Source: Nitrospira lenta (GTDB lineage: Bacteria > Nitrospirota > Nitrospiria > Nitrospirales > Nitrospiraceae). From it: a DNA stretch of 64,000 bases. The position numbers and the translations under genes were made by a program. The stretch spans positions 3,123 to 67,122 of the forward strand of contig CAMDPZ010000002.1 in NCBI GenBank assembly GCA_945905765.1, read 5' to 3'. Positions 31,235-41,542 of this stretch are shown here, piece after piece (within the stretch, counting starts at the first letter, position 1; every line of letters starts with the position of its first letter). The notes below the pieces were generated by a model. The model was not told where the DNA came from and did not search any database. It saw only the letters and a list, made by a program, of their open reading frames with translations.

Positions 31235-32431
31235 ATGGGATTAGGCGACGGATTTTATCGCATCAAACGGCTACCGCCTTATGTCTTTGCTCAAGTGCAG
31301 AGTCTCAAGCTTGAGGCTCGTCAACAGGGCGAAGACATTATCGATTTTGGAATGGGCAATCCCGACCAACCGACGCCGAGCCATATCGTCGAAAAGATGA
31401 TCGAGGCGGCGCGGAAGGGGAAGAACCATCGCTACTCGGCCTCGCGCGGCATTACCAAGCTGCGACATGCGATCACTGGCTGGTATAAACGCAATTATGA
31501 CGTCGATCTGGATCCTGAGACCGAGACGATCGTCACGATCGGCTCCAAGGAAGGGTTGGCGCATCTGGCCTTGGCTTTGATCGGCCCGGGCGACGTGGTG
31601 CTGACGCCGACGCCGACCTATCCCATCCATATGTACAGTTTTATCATTGCGGGCGGCGAAGTTCGCGGGATCGAGTTGCGCCCGGACAGTGACTTTTTTG
31701 AAGAGCTCCAGAAGGTCTATCGCCAAACGTTTCCACGGCCGAAGATTTTGGTGATCAATTTCCCGCACAATCCCACCACCGCCGTGGTGGATCTCGAATT
31801 TTTCAAGAAGATCGTCGCCTTTGCCAAAGAGCACAACGTGATCGTCATTCACGACCTGGCCTATGCGGACCTGGTGTTCGACGGCTATAAGGCGCCGAGC
31901 TTCTTGCAAGCTCCCGGCGCCAAAGATGTCGGCGTGGAGTTCTATACGCTGTCCAAGGCTTACAATATGCCGGGCTGGCGCGTGGGCTTCTGTTGCGGTA
32001 ATCGCGAAGTCGTCGGAGCCCTGGCCAAGATCAAGAGTTATCTTGACTACGGTATTTTTCAGCCGCTTCAGATCGCCAGTGTCATTGCCCTCAATGGGCC
32101 GCAAGACTGCGTCAAGGAGACAGTGTTGCGTTATCAGAAGCGGCGGGACGTGTTGGTGGGCGGCCTGAATCGCATCGGGTGGCAGGTGACGAAGCCTGTG
32201 GCGACCATGTTCGTCTGGGCTAGGATTCCCCTGCCCTATCGGTCGATGGGCTCGTTGGAGTTTTCCAAGCTCCTGCTCCGCGAGGCCAAAGTTGCTGTGT
32301 CTCCCGGAATCGGATTCGGCGAAGGCGGGGACGAGTATGTGCGGTTCGGCCTGGTTGAAAATGAACATCGCACGAGGCAAGCCGTGCGCGGCATTCGCAA
32401 GGCTCTGAAGCTGGAGGGGTCTGAAGAATGA
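31235..32431 (+). CDS. class I/II PLP aminotransferase (alanine/aspartate-type)
   Basis: [11 protein letters not shown]..., ...IDFGMGNPD..., ...[10 protein letters not shown]..., ...[13 protein letters not shown] (PLP lysine). Confidence 0.88.
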   Translation: MGLGDGFYRIKRLPPYVFAQVQSLKLEARQQGEDIIDFGMGNPDQPTPSHIVEKMIEAARKGKNHRYSASRGITKLRHAITGWYKRNYDVDLDPETETIVTIGSKEGLAHLALALIGPGDVVLTPTPTYPIHMYSFIIAGGEVRGIELRPDSDFFEELQKVYRQTFPRPKILVINFPHNPTTAVVDLEFFKKIVAFAKEHNVIVIHDLAYADLVFDGYKAPSFLQAPGAKDVGVEFYTLSKAYNMPGWRVGFCCGNREVVGALAKIKSYLDYGIFQPLQIASVIALNGPQDCVKETVLRYQKRRDVLVGGLNRIGWQVTKPVATMFVWARIPLPYRSMGSLEFSKLLLREAKVAVSPGIGFGEGGDEYVRFGLVENEHRTRQAVRGIRKALKLEGSEE

Positions 32432-33741
32432 TCTCGCGCGTGGGCGTCGGCATCATCGGGCTCGGCACGGTGGGAACGGGGGTCGCGAAGATCCTCCTGG
32501 AGAATGCGGCTGTGATCAGCCGCCGCGTCGGAGTGCCGATTGAAATTGTCCGGATTGCGGACCTGGATGTGACGAAGGATCGGGGTCTGGCCTTGCAACC
32601 CGGCGTCCTTACGACCGATGCGAAGCAGATTCTCAACGATCCGTCGATCGACATCGTGGTCGAGTTGGTTGGGGGCTGCGATTTCGCCAAACGCATCATT
32701 CTGGACGCCATTGCGGCAGGCAAACAAGTGGTCACCGCCAACAAGGCCCTGCTCGCATTGCATGGAGAAGAAATTTTTGCCGCGGCCTCCCGCAAGGGCG
32801 TCGACATCGGTTTCGAAGCGAGTGTGGGAGGAGGGATTCCCGTCATCCAGGCCCTGAGGGAAGGACTGGCGGCTAACACTATCCAATCCATTTACGGGAT
32901 CATCAACGGGACGGCCAATTACATCCTCTCGCGCATGACCAGTGAAGGCCAGAGTTTCGATTCGGTGCTCGGCGACGCCAAGCAGGCCGGCTATGCCGAA
33001 GCGGATCCGACCTTCGATGTGGCCGGGATCGATTCGGCGCATAAGCTGGCGATCCTCGTGGCGTTGGCCTATGGCACGCCGGTCAACTTTAAAGATGTGT
33101 ACACCGAGGGCATCACCCACATTACGCCGCTTGATATCGCCTACGCCAAAGAGTTCGGTTGCACGATCAAGCTGTTGGGCATTGCCAAGCTGGTGGGCAA
33201 CGAAGTCGAAGCCCGCGTGCATCCCACGATGCTGCCCTCTTCGTCTCCGCTCGCCCAGGTCGAAGGGGTCTACAACGCGATTCAATTTGTGGGCGATGCC
33301 GTGGGCGATGTGGTGCTCTATGGCAGGGGCGCCGGGTCTATGCCGACCGGCAGCGCGGTGGTCAGCGACCTCATTGCCATTTCGCGCAATCTGCTGAAGG
33401 GCGCGGTGGGGCGAGTGCCGCCCGCTTCGTTCCAGCAGGAGCAGCGCCGTCCGCTTCGCATGAGGCCGATGGAAGAGATCAGCTCGCTCTATTATCTCCG
33501 CTTTATGGTGCTGGACCGTCCCGGTGTCCTGTCGCAGATCGCGGGGGAGCTGGGCCGGTGCGGCATCAGTATTTCGTCCGTCCTTCAACAGGGCCGGCGT
33601 GACGGGCAGACGGTGCCGGTCGTGATCAAGACCCATATGGCCATGGAGCGCGATGTCCAGGCGGCCTTGCGCGCAATCAACCAGATGGCCTTTATTTCCG
33701 AGCCGACGACGCTGATTCGCGTCGAGGGTAAGGACGAGTGA
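32428..33741 (+). CDS. hom: homoserine dehydrogenase
   Basis: [16 protein letters not shown]-binding site, ...ANKALLA..., ...INGTANYIL..., C-terminal ACT domain. It overlaps the upstream stop by 4 nt. Confidence 0.95.
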   Translation: MISRVGVGIIGLGTVGTGVAKILLENAAVISRRVGVPIEIVRIADLDVTKDRGLALQPGVLTTDAKQILNDPSIDIVVELVGGCDFAKRIILDAIAAGKQVVTANKALLALHGEEIFAAASRKGVDIGFEASVGGGIPVIQALREGLAANTIQSIYGIINGTANYILSRMTSEGQSFDSVLGDAKQAGYAEADPTFDVAGIDSAHKLAILVALAYGTPVNFKDVYTEGITHITPLDIAYAKEFGCTIKLLGIAKLVGNEVEARVHPTMLPSSSPLAQVEGVYNAIQFVGDAVGDVVLYGRGAGSMPTGSAVVSDLIAISRNLLKGAVGRVPPASFQQEQRRPLRMRPMEEISSLYYLRFMVLDRPGVLSQIAGELGRCGISISSVLQQGRRDGQTVPVVIKTHMAMERDVQAALRAINQMAFISEPTTLIRVEGKDE

Positions 33742-33745
33742 TGTC

Positions 33746-34804
33746 ATGATTCGTTGGCGCGGCCTGATCGAAGAGTATCGCAAGTTTCTTCCTGTGACCG
33801 ACCGTACCCCCGTGGTGACGTTGTGCGAAGGCAATACCCCGCTCATTAGGGCGACGCGCCTGGCTCAGCAGATCGCACCAGGCATCGATCTCTATCTCAA
33901 AATCGAAGGCGCGAATCCCACTGGATCGTTCAAGGACCGCGGCATGACGATGGCCATCTCGAAGGCTGTTGAGGCTGGCGCTAAGGCGGTCATCTGCGCC
34001 TCCACAGGGAATACCTCTGCTTCTGCCGCAGCCTATGGGGCGCGGGCCGGGCTGGCGGTCTATGTGCTGATTCCTGCCGGGAAAATTGCCATGGGCAAAC
34101 TGTCTCAGGCCATGATGCACCAGGCCACGGTCATTCAGATCGAAGGAAATTTCGACCAGGCCCTGACCATCGTGAAGGAATTGTCGGTGAGCCACCACAT
34201 CGAGCTGGTCAACTCACTCAATCCCTATCGGATCGAGGGGCAGAAGACCGCCGCGATGGAAGTTTGCGATCAGCTCGGCGATGCGCCGACCATCCATGTC
34301 CTGCCGGTCGGGAATGCCGGCAACATTACGGCCTATTGGAAGGGCTATCAGGAATATCGTGCGGCCAATCAATCCACGAAGCTTCCGCGTATGATCGGTT
34401 TTCAGGCCTCCGGCGCGGCGCCGATCGTGCTGGGCCATATCGTAGAGAATCCGCAGACCGTGGCCACGGCGATCAGAATCGGCAATCCGGCCAGTTGGCA
34501 AGCTGCGTTGAATGCCGTGAAGGAATCGTCCGGGGCGATCGACTCGGTGACGGATGAAGAAATTTTGCAGGCCTATCGGACGGTGGCGGCGACGGAAGGC
34601 GTGTTTTGCGAACCGGCCTCCGCTGCATCGGTGGCCGGCGTGATGAAGTTGAGCAAGCAGGGCGGGCTTCGCGAAGGCGAGACGGTGGTCTGTACCTTGA
34701 CAGGCCATGGGTTGAAAGATGCCGATACGGCGATTAGTGTATCGGTTCAACCGAAAACCGTTAGAGCGACGCGGGAGGATGTCGCTCGTCTTTTAAGGGT
34801 GTAG
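33746..34804 (+). CDS. thrC: threonine synthase
   Basis: LCEGNTPL..., ...[12 protein letters not shown] (PLP lysine), ...STGNTSAS..., ...PVGNAGNI. Confidence 0.95.
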   Translation: MIRWRGLIEEYRKFLPVTDRTPVVTLCEGNTPLIRATRLAQQIAPGIDLYLKIEGANPTGSFKDRGMTMAISKAVEAGAKAVICASTGNTSASAAAYGARAGLAVYVLIPAGKIAMGKLSQAMMHQATVIQIEGNFDQALTIVKELSVSHHIELVNSLNPYRIEGQKTAAMEVCDQLGDAPTIHVLPVGNAGNITAYWKGYQEYRAANQSTKLPRMIGFQASGAAPIVLGHIVENPQTVATAIRIGNPASWQAALNAVKESSGAIDSVTDEEILQAYRTVAATEGVFCEPASAASVAGVMKLSKQGGLREGETVVCTLTGHGLKDADTAISVSVQPKTVRATREDVARLLRV

Positions 34805-34826
34805 ATACAATGAGCGCAGGGCTTCG

Positions 34827-36065
34827 ATGAAATATGTGATGCTCCATGCCGACGGGATGGCAGACCTTCCCCGGCAGGAATTGGGCGGACAGACTCCTCT
34901 GCAGGCGGCCTCGACTCCTCATCTCGATCGTCTTGCGAAAGAGGGAGAGTTGGGGATCTTAGCGGCGGCGCCTGAGGGCGTGCGGAGGGGGAGCGGGTTG
35001 ATGGGGACGGCCATCCTCGGCTACGATCTTAAGAAATATTATCAGGGCCCCGGTCCATTCGAAGCCGCCAGCCTGGGCGTCGCTGTCGGCGAGCATGACG
35101 TGGTTTATCGTTGCACGATGGTCACGTTGCGGGCAGCCGCGTCCGCGGGCAAAGGCGGATTGGATGAAATTAAGAAGCTGGGGCCGCATGTGGTCATGGA
35201 CGATGCGACCGCCGGTTTGATTTCGACGGAAGAGGCCCGTGAATTGATCGAGGCGATCAATGAACAGCTCGGGTCTGAGATGATTCAGTTCTATCCAGGC
35301 TTAGGCCACCGCCACCTCATGGTGTGGGTCAACGGGAAGGTGCGCGCGGTTTGTCAGGATCCGCAATCGCTGGTCGGCCGGCCGATCGCCGAGGCTATGC
35401 CGACGGGCGAGGGGGCGGACCATTTGTGGAAGTTGATGGACGCGTCATTTCAAATCTTGCGCGACCATCCCCTTAATGAGGAGCGCAGCAAGGCGGGGCA
35501 GAAGCAAGCCAATTGTCTCTGGCTTTGGGGCCAGGGCCGGGCCGTGTTCTGGCCCAGTCTGGCGGAACGTTTCAAGATGGCCGGTACGGTGGTGTCGCAG
35601 AGCGATGTCCATCGGGGGCTCGGTATGATGGCAGGGCTCGAGGCGGTGGATAGCGCACGGTTGGCCGAGGGGGATCTGCGCGCCCAGGCGGCGGTGGCGT
35701 TGGAGGACCTCAAGAAAAAAGATTTTGCCTACGTGCATGTGGAGTTGCCGGACGAGGTTGTCTATGGATCGGACGTCGCGGCCAAGGTGAAGGCGATCGA
35801 AGCGGTCGATCGCGAACTGGTCGGGCCGTTGCTTGAAGGGCTGGCCAAATCCGGTCCCTATCGCCTTGCGGCTTTCTGCGATGCGGGCAACGTGCATCAG
35901 GGCCAGGCGGCGGAGGGGCCGGGTTTCTTCGCCTATCGTGATAGTGCCGTCGATCCCTCAGCCGGAAGCGGACGAAAATTCACCGAAGCCGATGCCCAGG
36001 CGTCGACTGTGCCTCCACGTGACGCGACGAAGTTCGTCGTGCGATTGTTCGCAAAAGGATCCTGA
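34827..36065 (+). CDS. cofactor-independent phosphoglycerate mutase (ApgM)-like protein; proposed non-canonical homoserine kinase
   Basis: Alkaline-phosphatase-like metalloenzyme N-terminus [15 protein letters not shown]. Size about 410 aa. It sits between thrC and lysC in an operon that has no thrB. Confidence 0.7.
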   Translation: MKYVMLHADGMADLPRQELGGQTPLQAASTPHLDRLAKEGELGILAAAPEGVRRGSGLMGTAILGYDLKKYYQGPGPFEAASLGVAVGEHDVVYRCTMVTLRAAASAGKGGLDEIKKLGPHVVMDDATAGLISTEEARELIEAINEQLGSEMIQFYPGLGHRHLMVWVNGKVRAVCQDPQSLVGRPIAEAMPTGEGADHLWKLMDASFQILRDHPLNEERSKAGQKQANCLWLWGQGRAVFWPSLAERFKMAGTVVSQSDVHRGLGMMAGLEAVDSARLAEGDLRAQAAVALEDLKKKDFAYVHVELPDEVVYGSDVAAKVKAIEAVDRELVGPLLEGLAKSGPYRLAAFCDAGNVHQGQAAEGPGFFAYRDSAVDPSAGSGRKFTEADAQASTVPPRDATKFVVRLFAKGS

Positions 36066-36070
36066 CGGTC

Positions 36071-37312
36071 GTGGCGCTGATTGTTCAGAAATATGGCGGA
36101 ACATCCGTCGGCACCATCGAGCGGATCCGTTGCGTCGCCGAACGGGTCGAGAAGGCCCATAAAGAGGGCCATCGAGTCGTTGTCGTCCTCTCTGCGATGA
36201 GCGGGGAAACGGATCGGCTGCTCAAGCTGGCCCACGAGGTGACATCGCTTCCGGACGATCGCGAACTGGACATGCTCTTGTCGACGGGAGAGCGGGTGAC
36301 TATCTCCTTGCTGGCGATGGCCTTGCGGGCCCGCGGGCTCGATGCCAAATCGTTCACGGGCCGTCAAGTCGGGATCATGACCGACAGCGCCCATACGAAA
36401 GCGCGGATTACCAAGGTGGCGGCTGAGCGCATCCGTGACGCCCTGTCCAAAGGGGTGATCCCGGTGGTGGCCGGGTTTCAAGGAATCAACGAACAGTCGG
36501 ATGTCACGACGCTGGGGCGCGGAGGTTCCGATCTGACGGCGGTGGCGCTGGCGGCGGCCTTGAAGGCCGATCGCTGCATCATTTTTACCGACGTCGACGG
36601 TGTCTACACCTCGGACCCCAATATTGTGCCGGCGGCGCGACGCATCGACAAGATTTCCTATGAGGAAATGCTGGAGATGGCCAGTCTGGGCGCCAAAGTG
36701 CTGCAGAGCCGCTCGGTCGAATTTGCCGCGAAGTTCAATGTGCCGGTGGAGGTGAACTCCAGTTTCAAAGAAGGAAAGGGGACGCTCGTGACGCGTGAAG
36801 ATGAGGATATGGAGGCGGTCGCGGTGTCGGGAGTCACCGGGGATCGGAATCAGGCCAAAATCACGATCGTGGGCGTGCCGGACAAGCCGGGCATTGCATC
36901 AAAAATTTTCGGGCCGGTGGCCAAGGCCAATATCAACGTCGATATGATCATTCAGAATATGAGCCAGTCCGGCCTGACGGATATGTCCTTTACGATTCCA
37001 CGGGTGGACATCTCGAAGGCCATGCCGATCATTCAGGATGTGGCGAAGGGGATCGAGGCGAAATCGGTGGCCGTGACCGAGGCGATCGCCAAGGTCTCGC
37101 TGGTCGGCGTCGGGATGCGTTCCCATTCCGGGGTTGCGGCCAAGATGTTCGAGGTCCTGTCGCGGGAAGGCGTAAACATCCTCATGATCAGCACGTCGGA
37201 GATCAAGATCTCCTGCGTCATCGATGAAAAGTATGTGGAGCTCGCGATGCGTTCGCTCCATACCGCGTTCGGGCTGGATCAAGCGACGGCCGGGAGCCGA
37301 CCAGCAAAGTAA
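36071..37312 (+). CDS. lysC: aspartate kinase
   Basis: GTG start gives [13 protein letters not shown]. Then ...[12 protein letters not shown]... and two C-terminal ACT domains. Confidence 0.95.
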   Translation: MALIVQKYGGTSVGTIERIRCVAERVEKAHKEGHRVVVVLSAMSGETDRLLKLAHEVTSLPDDRELDMLLSTGERVTISLLAMALRARGLDAKSFTGRQVGIMTDSAHTKARITKVAAERIRDALSKGVIPVVAGFQGINEQSDVTTLGRGGSDLTAVALAAALKADRCIIFTDVDGVYTSDPNIVPAARRIDKISYEEMLEMASLGAKVLQSRSVEFAAKFNVPVEVNSSFKEGKGTLVTREDEDMEAVAVSGVTGDRNQAKITIVGVPDKPGIASKIFGPVAKANINVDMIIQNMSQSGLTDMSFTIPRVDISKAMPIIQDVAKGIEAKSVAVTEAIAKVSLVGVGMRSHSGVAAKMFEVLSREGVNILMISTSEIKISCVIDEKYVELAMRSLHTAFGLDQATAGSRPAK

Positions 37313-37367
37313 CGACTATTGACGATGTGAGTTTCGGCAACATTGTCTACTCACGGTATAGTTTTCT

Positions 37368-39017
37368 ATGACTCGAAAAACATCCCAATCAGGATCTTCT
37401 CAAGGCAAGCAGGCCGCGGCGTCAGCGCCAGGCACGTCTGCTCCTGCCGTGAAGCCGGCATTGGAAATCTACGACACGACCCTGCGCGATGGAGCCCAGG
37501 CCGAGGACGTCAGTTTTTCGGTGGAAGACAAGGTGCGGGTTGCGCAACAGTTGGACGGGCTGGGCGTGCAGTTCATCGAGGGCGGGTGGCCCGGCGCGAA
37601 TCCCAAAGATATCGAGTTCTTCCGGATGATCAAGACGGTCCCGCTGCAGACGGCGACGGTCGTGGCCTTCGGCTCGACGAGAAAAGCCAGCAATGCGGTA
37701 CAGAACGATCAGAACATTAAATCGCTGCTGGATGCCGAGACTCAGGTGATCACGCTTTTCGGAAAGAGCTGGTCGCTGCACGTCACCGACGCGCTCAACA
37801 TTTCCCTCGCGAAAAATCTCGAACTCATCAGCGACTCCATCGCCCATCTCCGCTCGAAAGGCCGGAGACTGTTTTACGATGCGGAACATTTTTTCGACGG
37901 CTACAAAACGAATCCCGACTACGCATTGGAGACTATTCGTCAGGCCGTCGCCGCCGGCGCTGAACGGGTCATTCTGTGCGACACCAATGGCGGGACGATG
38001 CCCTGGGAAATCAAAGAGATTTGCGAGGTCGTGCGGCGTGAATGTGCCGTGCCCTTGGGGATCCATGCCCACAACGATTGTGAAATGGCCGTCGCCAATT
38101 CATTGATGGCGATCGAGACCGGCATCCTGCAAGTGCAAGGGACGATCAATGGGATTGGTGAGCGGTGCGGCAATGCCAATCTCTGCTCCATCATTCCCAA
38201 TCTTGAACTGAAGATGAAACGGCCGGTGTTGGGCGATCGCTTGAGCCATCTCAAGCGGGTGTCAGGATTCGTGACCGAGATCGCGAACCTCATGCCTAAT
38301 ACGCATCAGCCCTATGTGGGCGACTCGGCCTTCGCCCATAAGGGCGGGGTCCATATCCATGCGGTGCTGAAGAATGCTGCGACCTATGAACATGTGATTC
38401 CGTCGTTAGTCGGGAACCGCCAGCGGATGTTGCTCTCGGATGCGGCAGGCCGGAGCGGGTTGATGGAAAAGGTCGAGGCCTACGGGATCAAATTAGACAA
38501 GGATCACGCCAAACTACAAGAATTGATCGATGTGCTGAAGGAGCGTGAAAGCCAGGGCTACCAATTTGAGGCGGCGGAAGGCTCCTTCGAGTTGCTCATG
38601 CGGAAAGCCATGGGGACCCATAAGCCCTCTTTTCAACTTCTGGGGTTCCGGGTGATCGTCGAGAAAAAGCAGGACCAGGGCGCCATGTTGTCGGAGGCCA
38701 CGGTCATGGTGAAGGTCGGCGATGTGGTGGAACATGCCGCAGCGTCAGGAGCCGGCCCGGTCAATGCGCTCGACCATGCTTTGCGGAAAGCCTTGGAGAA
38801 GTTTTATCCCCAGCTTAAAGAAGTCAAACTGCTCGATTATAAAGTGCGGGTCTTGTCGGCCGATCGCGGGACTGAGTCGAAGGTCCGGGTTTTGATTGAA
38901 TCGGGCGATCACAAGGATAAATGGGGCACGGTCGGCGTCTCCGAGAACATCATGGAGGCGAGCTGGCAAGCGCTGGCAGACAGTATTGAGTACAAATTGC
39001 TCGCCAAAGACCACTGA
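37368..39017 (+). CDS. cimA: citramalate synthase / long-form 2-isopropylmalate-synthase-family protein
   Basis: IYDTTLRDGAQ, HAHNDCEMAVANSL, GGVHIHA, and a C-terminal LeuA-dimer-type regulatory domain. The cimA versus leuA call rests on length and architecture only. Confidence 0.8.
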   Translation: MTRKTSQSGSSQGKQAAASAPGTSAPAVKPALEIYDTTLRDGAQAEDVSFSVEDKVRVAQQLDGLGVQFIEGGWPGANPKDIEFFRMIKTVPLQTATVVAFGSTRKASNAVQNDQNIKSLLDAETQVITLFGKSWSLHVTDALNISLAKNLELISDSIAHLRSKGRRLFYDAEHFFDGYKTNPDYALETIRQAVAAGAERVILCDTNGGTMPWEIKEICEVVRRECAVPLGIHAHNDCEMAVANSLMAIETGILQVQGTINGIGERCGNANLCSIIPNLELKMKRPVLGDRLSHLKRVSGFVTEIANLMPNTHQPYVGDSAFAHKGGVHIHAVLKNAATYEHVIPSLVGNRQRMLLSDAAGRSGLMEKVEAYGIKLDKDHAKLQELIDVLKERESQGYQFEAAEGSFELLMRKAMGTHKPSFQLLGFRVIVEKKQDQGAMLSEATVMVKVGDVVEHAAASGAGPVNALDHALRKALEKFYPQLKEVKLLDYKVRVLSADRGTESKVRVLIESGDHKDKWGTVGVSENIMEASWQALADSIEYKLLAKDH

Positions 39018-39044
39018 GCCTGAGCGAATCTTGCATATTTACCC

Positions 39045-39073
39045 TTGACAGTCCCTCTAACCTCACGTAACTT
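39045..39073 (+). promoter_or_regulatory. sigma-70-like promoter upstream of ihfA
   Basis: TTGACA (39045-39050), a 17-nt spacer, then TAACTT (39068-39073). Confidence 0.45.
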
Positions 39074-39152
39074 ATGGCGAAACTGCCCATTGGGCGAGTC
39101 GGCTTGAGAGACGACCGTTCGGAAAGTGTGCAGCGGCATCGGAGGGGGAAGC

Positions 39153-39428
39153 ATGAGGAAGGCGGATATCGCGAACGAAATCTACAAGCAGGTTGGTATT
39201 TCGAAGAACGAAGCCGCCGATATCGTTGAACTTGTGCTGAACATGCTGAAAGAAGTGCTGCATAAGGGCGAGTCGGTCAAGATTGCCGGATTTGGAAATT
39301 TTGTGGTGCGGAGTAAAGGGGCGCGGAAGGGCCGGAATCCCAGGACCGGCGAAGAAATCGGGATCACGCCCCGTCGAGTCGTGACCTTTCGCCCTAGCCA
39401 AGTATTTAAAAAATACGTCAATTCATAA
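39153..39428 (+). CDS. ihfA: integration host factor alpha / HU-family DNA-bending protein
   Basis: MRKADIANEIY...GFGNFVVRSKGARKGRNPRTGEEIGITPRRVVTFRPS. Confidence 0.9.
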   Translation: MRKADIANEIYKQVGISKNEAADIVELVLNMLKEVLHKGESVKIAGFGNFVVRSKGARKGRNPRTGEEIGITPRRVVTFRPSQVFKKYVNS

Positions 39429-39470
39429 GACGTTCACTCACCTTAACTCATCCCACCACGAGGACCGGTC

Positions 39471-39815
39471 ATGGGGAACGAGCCCAGGCTGGGCAGCAAG
39501 GTTTTTTATAAGATCGGCGAAGTCAGCCAGATCGCCAAGCTGCCGGCTTATGTGCTGCGATTCTGGGAATCGGAATTCCCGTTTCTCAAGCCCAAGAAAA
39601 GTCGTGGGAATCAGCGGCTTTATGTTAGGCGTGAAATCGAAACAGTGTTGGAAATCAAGCGGATGCTGTATGAAGAGGGCCATACCCTCGCAGGCGTCAA
39701 GCGTTATTGGGCCAGGCGCGGGCGGGTAGCGAGCCAACGGATCCGCCCCAAAGAACTGGCGCAGAAGCTGCGGGGGAATCTCCAGGCGATTCTCAAAATC
39801 CTGGAATCGTATTAA
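39471..39815 (+). CDS. MerR-family transcriptional regulator
   Basis: YKIGEVSQIAKLPAYVLRFWESEFPFLKPKKSRGNQRLY, a MerR HTH. Confidence 0.85.
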   Translation: MGNEPRLGSKVFYKIGEVSQIAKLPAYVLRFWESEFPFLKPKKSRGNQRLYVRREIETVLEIKRMLYEEGHTLAGVKRYWARRGRVASQRIRPKELAQKLRGNLQAILKILESY

Positions 39816-39912
39816 GCCCACGTCGGTCCTGATTCGTTGTTCCCTGGCCGGTTGCATTCCGGGCGCTTCCAGAGAGACAATGCAGGAGACGGTGTAATTG
39901 AATAGAGCGTGT

Positions 39913-39989
39913 CGGGGCGTGGCGCAGCCCGGTAGCGTACTCGCTTGGGGTGCGAGTGGTCGGCCGTTCAAATCGGCTCGCCCCGACCA
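39913..39989 (+). tRNA. tRNA-Pro (anticodon GGG), CCA encoded
   Basis: Acceptor arms CGGGGCG/CGCCCCG, D-arm GCGCAGCCCGGTAGCGT, anticodon stem CTCGC/GCGAG with loop TTGGGGT, T-arm GGCCGTTCAAATCGGCT, then ACCA. Confidence 0.9.
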
Positions 39990-40063
39990 AAATACAGAGT
40001 GCTGAGGACTGAGACGAACAGGATAGCCGCGGACTCGGTTCCCAGCACTCAGCATTACAACAG

Positions 40064-40090
40064 AGAGCTGCCGCCGGCAGCTCTTTTTGT
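40064..40090 (+). terminator. rho-independent terminator after tRNA-Pro
   Basis: agagctgcc-gcc-ggcagctct followed by TTTTGTTT. Confidence 0.75.
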
Positions 40091-40103
40091 TTCTGAAAGA
40101 CCG

Positions 40104-40892
40104 ATGCGAATTTTAGTGACCAACGATGACGGGGTTCTTTCGCCTGGATTGACGGCGCTGGCCAAGGCCTTAGCCAAAATCGGCGAGGTTTGGGTGGTGG
40201 CGCCGGATCGCGAGAGGACCGCCGCGGCCCATGCGGTGACGCTCCATAAACCGCTGCGCGTGCAGGAGTTGGGGAAGCGGATCTATGCTGTGAGCGGCAC
40301 GCCGGTCGATTGTGTGAATTTGGCCGTGCTGAAGCTTTTGCCTGCGCCGCCCGATCTCCTCGTGTCCGGTATCAATAAAGGCGTCAATCTCGGCGACGAC
40401 GTCTTATATTCCGGGACCGTGTCGGCGGCGATGGAAGGGACGATCCTCGGTATTCCCTCCATGGCTGTCTCGCAGGAGGGGCAGGAGCGGTTTCATTTCG
40501 ACGCGGGAGCCCGCTATGCCGTTCGTATCGCTCGATTGATTCTCAAAGATGGTTTGCCGGACGAAACATTGGTCAATCTGAATATTCCCGATCGGCCCTT
40601 CTCGGCCATCACGGGCGTGCGCGTGACCTGCCTTAGCCGCAGGCGCTTCGACAATCCGATCATCGAAAAGGTCGATCCTCGAGGCCGGACCTACTATTGG
40701 ATTGCCGGGACCCGTATATCCTGGAGCCGGAGCAAGGATGCCGACCACGAGGCGTTGGAGCAGGGGGCCGTCTCGCTCACGCCTGTGCATCTCGATACGA
40801 CGAATCACCGCGCGTTAGAGCGATTCCGCAAATGGGAAATGGGACGCCGGCCGGTTGCGGCGACGAAGCCCAAGAGCAAGAAGAGGAGCTAG
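40104..40892 (+). CDS. surE: 5'/3'-nucleotidase SurE
   Basis: MRILVTNDDGV, GTPVDCV, SGINKGVNLGDDVLYSGTVSAAMEG. Confidence 0.95.
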   Translation: MRILVTNDDGVLSPGLTALAKALAKIGEVWVVAPDRERTAAAHAVTLHKPLRVQELGKRIYAVSGTPVDCVNLAVLKLLPAPPDLLVSGINKGVNLGDDVLYSGTVSAAMEGTILGIPSMAVSQEGQERFHFDAGARYAVRIARLILKDGLPDETLVNLNIPDRPFSAITGVRVTCLSRRRFDNPIIEKVDPRGRTYYWIAGTRISWSRSKDADHEALEQGAVSLTPVHLDTTNHRALERFRKWEMGRRPVAATKPKSKKRS

Positions 40893-40897
40893 GGTCT

Positions 40898-41536
40898 GTG
40901 GGCAATCTGATCGAAGCGATCATTACGGTGCTGAGCCGATTTATTGTGTCGATGATTTCGACGTTCGGCTACACCGGTATTTTCGTGACCATGGCCATTG
41001 AAAGCGCCTGCATCCCCTTGCCTAGCGAGATCATCATGCCCTTTGCCGGCTATCTCGTATCGTCGGGCCAGTTCACGATGTTGGGTGTGACCTTGGCCGG
41101 CGCCATTGGAAACGTCGCTGGTTCGATTGTCGCCTACTATGCCGGGGTCTGGGGCGGCCGGCCCTTCGTCGAACGATATGGTCCCTATATGCTGGTGTCG
41201 CGAACGGATATTGCGACGGCGGATCGCTGGTTTGCCAAGTATGGAGAGGCGGCGGTCTTTTTCGGCCGAATGCTTCCTGTCGTCCGGACTTTCATTTCGC
41301 TGCCGGCCGGCATTGCCGGCATGAATATCTATCGGTTCATCCTCTTCACCTTTCTTGGTGCTCTGCCCTGGTGTTATCTCTTGGCCTATATCGGCGTGAA
41401 AATGGGAGAAGAGTGGGAGCACCTGCGCGACTATTTCCATCAGTTCGACGTCGTGATCGGCTTGAGCTTGGCGTTTGGATTGGGTTATTTTCTCTGGTCC
41501 CATTGGCCGAAGCGCCGCGTGAATCCGGAGCTGTAA
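40898..41536 (+). CDS. dedA: DedA-family (SNARE-associated) membrane protein
   Basis: GTG at 40898. FGYTGIFVTMAIESACIPLPSEIIMPFAGYL and FFGRMLPVVRTFISLPAG. Confidence 0.85.
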   Translation: MGNLIEAIITVLSRFIVSMISTFGYTGIFVTMAIESACIPLPSEIIMPFAGYLVSSGQFTMLGVTLAGAIGNVAGSIVAYYAGVWGGRPFVERYGPYMLVSRTDIATADRWFAKYGEAAVFFGRMLPVVRTFISLPAGIAGMNIYRFILFTFLGALPWCYLLAYIGVKMGEEWEHLRDYFHQFDVVIGLSLAFGLGYFLWSHWPKRRVNPEL

Positions 41537-41542
41537 CCGACT

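Noticed and set aside
36065-37368. A search for lysine, SAM or T-box type leaders in front of lysC, cimA, hom and cysS.
   Set aside because: The upstream gaps are only 5-55 nt (6 nt for cysS), too short for a riboswitch or T-box. The only long leader in the operon region (31119-31234) shows no structure I can recognise.
39793-39990. A 65-aa minus-strand ORF (MVGASRFERPTTRTPSEY...).
   Set aside because: It is the reverse translation of tRNA-Pro (39913-39989). This is an artefact commonly seen over tRNA genes.
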